Below, in pieces: positions 26,739 to 32,000 of a stretch of 32,000 nucleotides of DNA; within the stretch, counting starts at the first letter, position 1; each line of letters begins with the position of its first letter. A model generated the notes under the pieces. That model was not told the DNA's origin, made no database searches, and worked only from the letters and a program-made list of their open reading frames with translations. The translations under genes were made by a program, and so were the position numbers. The stretch comes from an uncultured Actinomycetes bacterium. GTDB taxonomy: Bacteria; Actinomycetota; Actinomycetes; S36-B12; CAIYMF01. Location: NCBI GenBank assembly GCA_963843975.1, contig CAWJMG010000003.1, positions 2,610,001 through 2,642,000 of the forward strand, read 5' to 3'.

Positions 26739-28889
26739 CTAGTTGGGGAGCAAGGGCTTGAGCTTGGCCGCGAGGTACGGCGCCAGCGCGGTGCTGAAGG
26801 TCGCGGTCAGGTGGTCGGTGTCGCGGTAGACGAGGTACTTGCCGTGGGTGGCCGGGCACCGGTCGACGTCGCAGATCACGTCCGACAGGTCGACGCCGGT
26901 CGCGCCGTCGTGCTTCGCGGCCATGCCGACGTCGTACTTCGTGCCGTCGAGCGCCTCGCGCGTGACGTCGCATGCCGACGGGTTGTCGCGGTTCTGCCCC
27001 ACGCACACGGCCATGTCCTTGCCCGGCCACGGGGTGTCGCGCATGACGGCCACGCGTACGCCGGCCCCGGTGAGCTTCGCCAGCGTGCGGTCCCAGCCCG
27101 CCTGCCACTCCGCGCCCGAACGGCCCGTGCCCTCGAGCGGCGAACCCGTCGCGCGGTCCACGACCGACTCCGTGCGAGTGCCGGCCGCCACCACCAGCGC
27201 AGGCTTGTCGGACGACGTCAGCCGGTCGAGCACGGTCGCGCGCCAGGCGTCGCACTCGTCGTACGGGCGCGAGAGCTTGCGCTGGTAGATCGTGACGTCG
27301 GGCGCGGGGCAGCCGGACTTCGTCCACGCCAGCAGGCGCCACTTGTTCTGCGTGGCGAGCTTCTCGAGCGCGGGGAACCACGACGCCGCGTGGCTGTCGC
27401 CGATCAGGACGACGGTGGTCGACGACCCGGTGTCGCCGAACGCGCAGCCATCCTTCGGCTGCGTGCCGCCGCGCTGCAGGTGGCACCCGTTGGCGTAGAT
27501 CTTCGGCAGGTCGTCGCGCGCCGCGGTCGGGTCAGGCGTGAGATCGTCTGCGGGCCAAGTGATCTCGGTCGCCGAGGCGCTCGGCTTCGGCGTCTTCGTG
27601 GGCTTGCCCGAGGTGGACGGCGACGCCTCGGGCGAGGCCGAGGTGGTCGGCGTCGCCGCCGGCGCCGGGCCGCGCTCACCCTCGACCGGCGCCGCGACGG
27701 CCACCGTGGCGAGCGCTCCGCCACCGGGCAGCCACGTGAGCAGCAGCCCGCACACCGCCGCACCCACCGACAGTGCCGCACCGAGCCGGAGCGCGCGCGA
27801 CGGCACGGCCACCAGGCGCGGGTCGTGCCGCACGGGCTCCTCGACGAAGCGGTAGGCCAGCGCCGCGGGGATCAGCGAGAGCAGCACCAGCGCGACCTTG
27901 ATCGGCACCGACAGCACGCCGACCGCAGCGCCGACGAGGATCAGCACCGGCCAGTGCCAGAGGTACCACGAGTACGACAGCCGCCCGACCGCGCGCATCG
28001 GCCAGGTCGCGAGCAGCGCCGGCACGCCGTACGCCGGCGGCACGTCGTCCGAGCGCGTGCCGGCGAGGATCACCAGCGCCGTGCCGACCACCGGCGGCAC
28101 CGCCGCCCAGCCGGGGAACTGCAGGTCGCCGTCGATCAGCAGGATCGAGCCGACAAGCAGCAGCGCGCCGACCCAGCCGGCGGCGGCTCGCACCGCCAGC
28201 GGCAGCCGGGCGAGGCTCACGGCACCGATGGCGAGCAGACCGCCGATCGCGAACTCCCATGCGCGCGTGGGCATCCCGAAGAACGCCCACGGCTGCACAC
28301 GGGCGGTCAGCCGCAGCGAGAGCGCGAACGACACGATCCCGAGCGCCGCGAGCGCGATCGCCAGTGCAGCCGGTGAGACGGCCTGCGCGGCAGCGCGGCG
28401 ACGCCGTACGAGCAGCCAGACGAGCGCGAGGATCAGCAGCGGCCAGACGACGTAGAACTGCTCCTCGACGCCGAGCGACCAGAAGTGCAGCACGGGCGAA
28501 GCGGCGGCATCCTCGGTGAGGTAGTCGGTGGCCTGCGCGGCGAACCGGATGTTGGAGACGTAGAAGGCTGCAGCCACGACGTCGAGCCCGACCACCGGGT
28601 GGTCGACCACGGGGATCACCACGAACGCGACCAGCGCAGTCAGCGCGAGCACGAGGGTGGCCGCGGGGAGCAGCCGGCGGGCACGTCGCGCCCAGAAGCG
28701 CGCGAGCGACACGTGGCCGGTGCGCGCCACCTCGCTCACGAGCAGACCGGTGATGAGGAAGCCGGAGATCACGAAGAACACGTCGACGCCGACGAAGCCG
28801 CCCGGAAGGAAGGGCAGGCCGGCGTGGTAGCCGACGACCGCCAGGATCGCGATCGCGCGCAGGCCCTCGACGTCGGGCCGGAAGCGCAT
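26739..28889 (-). CDS. Acyltransferase family 3 protein with C-terminal SGNH domain (OatA-like)
   Basis: The AT3 N-terminus is MRFRPDVEGLRAIAILAVVGYH...GVDVFFVISGFLIT with about 10 TM segments. A Pro/Thr/Ser linker follows, then an SGNH-like domain (VVLIGDSHA). The start is ATG 28889 with AGGAG upstream. The track start 28976 is an alternative. Confidence 0.88.
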   Translation of the reverse strand: MRFRPDVEGLRAIAILAVVGYHAGLPFLPGGFVGVDVFFVISGFLITGLLVSEVARTGHVSLARFWARRARRLLPAATLVLALTALVAFVVIPVVDHPVVGLDVVAAAFYVSNIRFAAQATDYLTEDAAASPVLHFWSLGVEEQFYVVWPLLILALVWLLVRRRRAAAQAVSPAALAIALAALGIVSFALSLRLTARVQPWAFFGMPTRAWEFAIGGLLAIGAVSLARLPLAVRAAAGWVGALLLVGSILLIDGDLQFPGWAAVPPVVGTALVILAGTRSDDVPPAYGVPALLATWPMRAVGRLSYSWYLWHWPVLILVGAAVGVLSVPIKVALVLLSLIPAALAYRFVEEPVRHDPRLVAVPSRALRLGAALSVGAAVCGLLLTWLPGGGALATVAVAAPVEGERGPAPAATPTTSASPEASPSTSGKPTKTPKPSASATEITWPADDLTPDPTAARDDLPKIYANGCHLQRGGTQPKDGCAFGDTGSSTTVVLIGDSHAASWFPALEKLATQNKWRLLAWTKSGCPAPDVTIYQRKLSRPYDECDAWRATVLDRLTSSDKPALVVAAGTRTESVVDRATGSPLEGTGRSGAEWQAGWDRTLAKLTGAGVRVAVMRDTPWPGKDMAVCVGQNRDNPSACDVTREALDGTKYDVGMAAKHDGATGVDLSDVICDVDRCPATHGKYLVYRDTDHLTATFSTALAPYLAAKLKPLLPN

Positions 28890-29016
28890 CGACCGGTGCT
28901 CCTGCGCCGCGGGCGCAGTACTGGTTCCGGTCACCTCGCCAGCATAGGCAGCGACGTCGTGAGCACAGCGGACCACAGGTGCGTCGTGCGAGCGGGCACG
29001 CCGCAGGTCCTCGAGA

Positions 29017-29619
29017 TCAGGCGTCGGGGTCGCGGGCGAGCAGGAACGAGAAGCTGAAGCCCGAGGCGTCGGCGGGCCGCTTGCGCCCGCGACGCTTCTC
29101 GGCGAGGAAGGGCGCGACCACGTCGTTGACCTGCTGCGCCAGCTCGCGCGCCTCCTCCGGCGTCAGCACGAGCAGGTCGCGGTTGTACGTCGTCGTCCGC
29201 GACCACACGCCGGCCGTGTCCTCGTCGTCGGCGCGCATCGCGCGGTGCAGCCTCTCCGCGTCGAGCCCGAGAGCCTGGTCGACGAGCAGCCCGGCCGCTG
29301 CCTGCGTGCTCCTGTTGCCCTGCCCCGGGCGGCCGATGGACGTGCTCAGCATGTCGCCGGCCCGCATCCAGGGCCGTTCGCGGCCGTCGCCCGAAGTCGC
29401 TGCGCGCACGACGATGCCGTGCTTCTCCAGCGCGCGCAGGTGATAGCTCATCGCGCTCGGCGAGATGCCGGCGATCTCGGCGCACTGCGTGGCGGTCAGG
29501 ATCTCGCCGGAGTAGAGGACGTCGATCACCGCGAGGCGGGCGGGGTGCGCGAGCGCCTTGACCCCGGCCGGGTCGGAGATGACGACGGCACCCTTCGGAG
29601 GTACCTGTGCTCGGGCCAC
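29017..29619 (-). CDS. ArsR-like winged-helix transcriptional regulator
   Basis: ISDPAGVKALAHPARLAVIDVLYSGEILTATQCAEIAGISPSAMSYHLRALEKHGIV is an ArsR-type HTH. The start is GTG 29619. The gene is divergent from an MFS gene. Confidence 0.8.
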   Translation of the reverse strand: MARAQVPPKGAVVISDPAGVKALAHPARLAVIDVLYSGEILTATQCAEIAGISPSAMSYHLRALEKHGIVVRAATSGDGRERPWMRAGDMLSTSIGRPGQGNRSTQAAAGLLVDQALGLDAERLHRAMRADDEDTAGVWSRTTTYNRDLLVLTPEEARELAQQVNDVVAPFLAEKRRGRKRPADASGFSFSFLLARDPDA

Positions 29620-29654
29620 GACCGAACCGTACCCATCCCCTGTGCCCTGAGGGG

Positions 29655-29685
29655 TTGACACGGGCAAACTCTGAAAGCATAGTTT
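29655..29685 (+). promoter_or_regulatory. Putative sigma-70-type promoter of the MFS gene (leaderless or near-leaderless transcript)
   Basis: TTGACA (29655-29660) is followed by a 17-nt spacer and CATAGT (29678-29683), overlapping TAGTTT. The ATG at 29692 is only about 8 nt from the -10 element. Confidence 0.5.
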
Positions 29686-29703
29686 CGAAGCATGTCTTTC
29701 AGA
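29670..29703. promoter_or_regulatory. Inverted repeat TCTGAAAG-N18-CTTTCAGA spanning the -10 box and start codon (candidate operator of the ArsR-like regulator)
   Basis: The 8-bp arms are perfect, at 29670-29677 and 29696-29703. A nested AAACT-N10-AGTTT lies at 29666-29685. This is the AT-richest stretch in the local region. Confidence 0.45.
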
Positions 29704-30954
29704 TCTCCCGCCAGGGACGTCCCGGTGGCAGCCGCCGGCCGCGCGATCAGCGTCGTCGGCGACGAGGTCGCCCTCGTCGCCCTCCTGCTCTGGGCCAGCA
29801 CCGCCGGCCACGGCCCGGTGCTCGTCGCGGCCCTCGTGCTCGCAGCCGCGGTGCCGCAGCTGCTGCTCGCACCCGTGTCCGGCCTCGCCGCCGACCGGCT
29901 GCCCGTGCGGCACCTGATCGCCGTGACGGCGCTGGTCCAGGCGGGACTGTGCGTGGCTCTCGCGTTCGTGCTGCCGGACGGAGCAGTCACGGCCGTCGTC
30001 GCGCTCGTGCTGCTGCGCGCCGCGGGCCAGTCCTTCCTCGGCCCCGCGTGGCAGACGTGGCTGCCGTCACTCGTCCCCGCCGAGCGCCTGACGGCAGCGC
30101 TGTCGAGCGTGCAGACCGCGACCGCCACCGCAGCCCTGGTCGGGCCGGTCCTCGGTGGTGTCCTCGTCGCAGCATCGGGTGCCCGCTGGGCGCTCCTGCT
30201 CGACGGCGCGACGTTCGTGCTCATCGCCGTCGCCGCCCTCGCCGTCGCGCAGGTGCCCGAACGCAGGTCGCCGTCCCGCGGTGGTGAGGGTCGCGAGCCC
30301 GGTGCTCTCACGGCTGGCCTGCGCGTCGTGGCCGCCGACCCGGTGATCCGCGGCTTCGTCGTCGTGGTGGCGACGGTCGTGATCGCGCTCGGCGCGCTCA
30401 ACGTCGCCGAGGTCTTCCTGATCACGCAGGAGATCGGTGCGGGCCCCACGGAGTACGGCCTCGTCGCGACGGTCTTCGCCGCCGGCCTCATGGCGGGGTC
30501 GTGGCTGGCGCGGAGGGTGGACGGTGATCGCGCGGCCGCCCTGGCGCTCGTCGGCGGAACGCTCCTGATGGCCTGTGCCGCAGTGCTTCTCGGCCTCGCA
30601 CCGACGGTGCCGGTGGCGGCCGCCGCGGCCGCACTCATCGGGGTCGGCAACGGCCTGCTCAACGTGCTCGGCCAGGTGCTCATGGTGCGCCGCGCGCCGC
30701 GCGAGGTGCTCGGCCGGGTGGTGTCGGTGCTGCAGGCCGTCGTCGGGGCCGGTGCGCTCGTGGCCACCGCCGTCGGCGGCCTTCTGCTGGCGGTCGTGGA
30801 CTCCCGCGCCGTCGTGGTCGGCAGCGGCATCGCCACGGCGCTCGCACTGCTGCTCGTGGGCCCCAGCCTTGTGCGGGCGGCGTCGATGGCCTCCCCCGCC
30901 GATCAGCCGGTGGCCGACGTCGCAGCAAGGGGAGAGGCGCGCGCAGCGGCCTAG
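29692..30954 (+). CDS. MFS transporter (MFS_3 type)
   Basis: 420 aa with about 12 TM segments. SGLAADRLPVRHLI is typical, and the gene is paired divergently with a regulator. Confidence 0.85.
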   Translation: MSFRSPARDVPVAAAGRAISVVGDEVALVALLLWASTAGHGPVLVAALVLAAAVPQLLLAPVSGLAADRLPVRHLIAVTALVQAGLCVALAFVLPDGAVTAVVALVLLRAAGQSFLGPAWQTWLPSLVPAERLTAALSSVQTATATAALVGPVLGGVLVAASGARWALLLDGATFVLIAVAALAVAQVPERRSPSRGGEGREPGALTAGLRVVAADPVIRGFVVVVATVVIALGALNVAEVFLITQEIGAGPTEYGLVATVFAAGLMAGSWLARRVDGDRAAALALVGGTLLMACAAVLLGLAPTVPVAAAAAALIGVGNGLLNVLGQVLMVRRAPREVLGRVVSVLQAVVGAGALVATAVGGLLLAVVDSRAVVVGSGIATALALLLVGPSLVRAASMASPADQPVADVAARGEARAAA

Positions 30955-31336
30955 CGCAGTGCGACCCGCCGCGCTCGGCGGCGCTGCGGACGACGCAGAG
31001 CTCGTTGCCCTCGGGGTCGGCGAGCGTCACCCAGCCGGTGCCGTCCTCGTTGCGCAGGTCGGCGACGAGCGTGGCGCCGAGCCCCAGCAGGCGCTCGACC
31101 TCCTCGTCGCGCGTGCGGTCGCTCGGCATGAGGTCGAGGTGCCCGCGGTTCTTCATGACCTTCGCGTCCGGCACCTGCACGAAGAGCACGTCTGCGCCGG
31201 GCGAGCTCACCAGCGCCTCCGGATCGCCGGGCTGGTCGAGGTCGGACATCGGCACGTCGAGCACCGCGCACCACCACTGCGCCTGGGCGTAGGGGTCGAG
31301 CGCGTCGAAGGTCACGGTGTGCACGAGGGAGGCCAT
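30680..31336 (-). CDS. VOC (glyoxalase/bleomycin-resistance fold) family protein; 3' end uncertain
   Basis: The start is ATG 31336 (MASLVHTVTFDALDPYAQAQWW...HLDLMP...WVTLADPEGNELCVV). The recognisable domain ends near 30960. The frame stays open to 30680 as an Arg/Pro-rich tail antisense to the MFS gene. Confidence 0.65.
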   Translation of the reverse strand: MASLVHTVTFDALDPYAQAQWWCAVLDVPMSDLDQPGDPEALVSSPGADVLFVQVPDAKVMKNRGHLDLMPSDRTRDEEVERLLGLGATLVADLRNEDGTGWVTLADPEGNELCVVRSAAERGGSHCARPLRAPLPLLRRRPPADRRGRPSTPPAQGWGPRAAVRAPWRCRCRPRRRGSPRPPAEGRRRRWPRAHRPRRRPAAPTPPGRAPRAARGAP

Positions 31337-31469
31337 GCGCAGATCGTCGTACGCCGCAGCGCGCACGTCGAACGGGTTCGCACCGGAACCGTCACGATCG
31401 GGCCGACGTCCGAGCGTCAGACACCCCGGCGCGCGTAGCGTCGGTGCTCCGGCACGAAGGGGGACGGCG

Positions 31470-32000
31470 ATGACTCCACCATCCGGTCTGCTGAGGGTTG
31501 CGGGCGCGCTCGCCTCGGTCGCCCTGCTCACGGCAGCGTGCGGCACCGAGACGGCTCCCGGCGCGGGCTCGCCGAGCGCCGGATCGCCGAGCACGAGCTC
31601 TTCCGGTCCGGCGCAGAGCAGCCCCGCCGCGCTCAGCAGCCTCGACGTCACGTCGCTCATGGGCAACTGGTTCGTCATCGGGATAGGCGTCGAGCCGGAC
31701 CTCATGGTCACGGTCGACGCCGGCGAGTTCCGGGTGTGGCAGGCATGCGGCGCCGCATTCGCCGGGTGGCGAGGGTCGACGTCGGGGCTCTTCGCCGCCG
31801 ACGTGTCGTCCTGGTCGGGCACGTGCACCGACAAGCCCGACCTTCCGTGGCTGGAGACCTCGACGGGGTGGCAGCCGGACGGCGACGGCATCGCGCTGGT
31901 CGGCAGCGACGGCGCCACCCTTGCCCGCCTCGCTCCGGGTGCGTCACCCACGGCCGACAAGAACACCATGGACTCGCTCGCCGACCCACCCGTGGTGACG
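31470..32000 (+). CDS. Putative lipoprotein, N-terminal part (gene runs off the window end)
   Basis: Not in the ORF track because there is no stop in the window. ATG 31470 is preceded by GAAGGGGGA. Hand translation MTPPSGLLRVAGALASVALLTAACGTETAPGAGSP... shows a signal peptide plus the lipobox L-T-A-A-C. The frame is open for 177 codons to the window edge. Confidence 0.7.
   Translation, partial: MTPPSGLLRVAGALASVALLTAACGTETAPGAGSPSAGSPSTSSSGPAQSSPAALSSLDVTSLMGNWFVIGIGVEPDLMVTVDAGEFRVWQACGAAFAGWRGSTSGLFAADVSSWSGTCTDKPDLPWLETSTGWQPDGDGIALVGSDGATLARLAPGASPTADKNTMDSLADPPVVT

Noticed and set aside
24347-26742. A 760-aa minus-strand ORF and a 697-aa plus-strand alternate-frame ORF over the Fe-S reductase gene.
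   Set aside because: The cysteine-motif-bearing frame 24401..26635 explains the region. The others have junk composition.
28902-28918. Hairpin ctgcgcc-gcg-ggcgcag upstream of the acyltransferase start, considered as an RBS-sequestering regulatory structure.
   Set aside because: Only 2 nt of the AGGAG (complement of 28899-28903) fall inside the stem, so sequestration is not supported. It is more likely an incidental GC palindrome or a weak terminator for the upstream ArsR-like gene.
30951-31277. A 108-aa minus-strand ORF overlapping the VOC gene in another frame.
   Set aside because: It is Arg-rich junk, while the VOC frame has a clear family-like sequence. It is relevant only because its stop (TAG at 30951-30953) is where a frameshifted VOC gene would end.

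Overview
This is a high-GC, densely coding actinobacterial chromosomal window made up mostly of conserved housekeeping genes. On the minus strand it carries purA, a DUF3151 gene, class II fructose-bisphosphate aldolase, a TrmH/SpoU methyltransferase, pyrE, and a heat-shock block dnaK-grpE-dnaJ-hspR followed directly by clpB. It also holds two tandem DedA genes, two SDR genes, a PLP aminotransferase, a DUF6159 membrane protein, a membrane-anchored Fe-S (CCG-domain) reductase and an AT3-SGNH acyltransferase. The rest are a GNAT, a renalase-like FAD oxidoreductase, two MFS transporters (one with a divergent ArsR-like regulator), a VOC protein, and partial secreted/lipoprotein genes at both edges. 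From memory, the gene order resembles the purA..fba..pyrE..clpB and dnaK-hspR regions of mycobacteria. I found no rRNA, tRNA, CRISPR array, transposase, or recognisable multi-gene defence or biosynthetic system, and no convincing novel protein system. What ordinary annotation does not explain is noncoding. (1) Three same-orientation copies of a 60-nt palindromic element sit in every intergenic gap of a two-gene accessory insert between DUF3151 and fbaA. (2) A 46-nt two-hairpin module occurs as inverted repeats around one SDR gene, each copy starting 4-5 nt after a stop codon. (3) A 23-bp-arm hairpin shares an AGTTAC/GTAACT core with a small palindrome upstream of the Fe-S reductase. (4) A HAIR-like HspR operator lies upstream of dnaK but none upstream of clpB. 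All coordinates for starts, arms and identities are hand-derived and should be recomputed.
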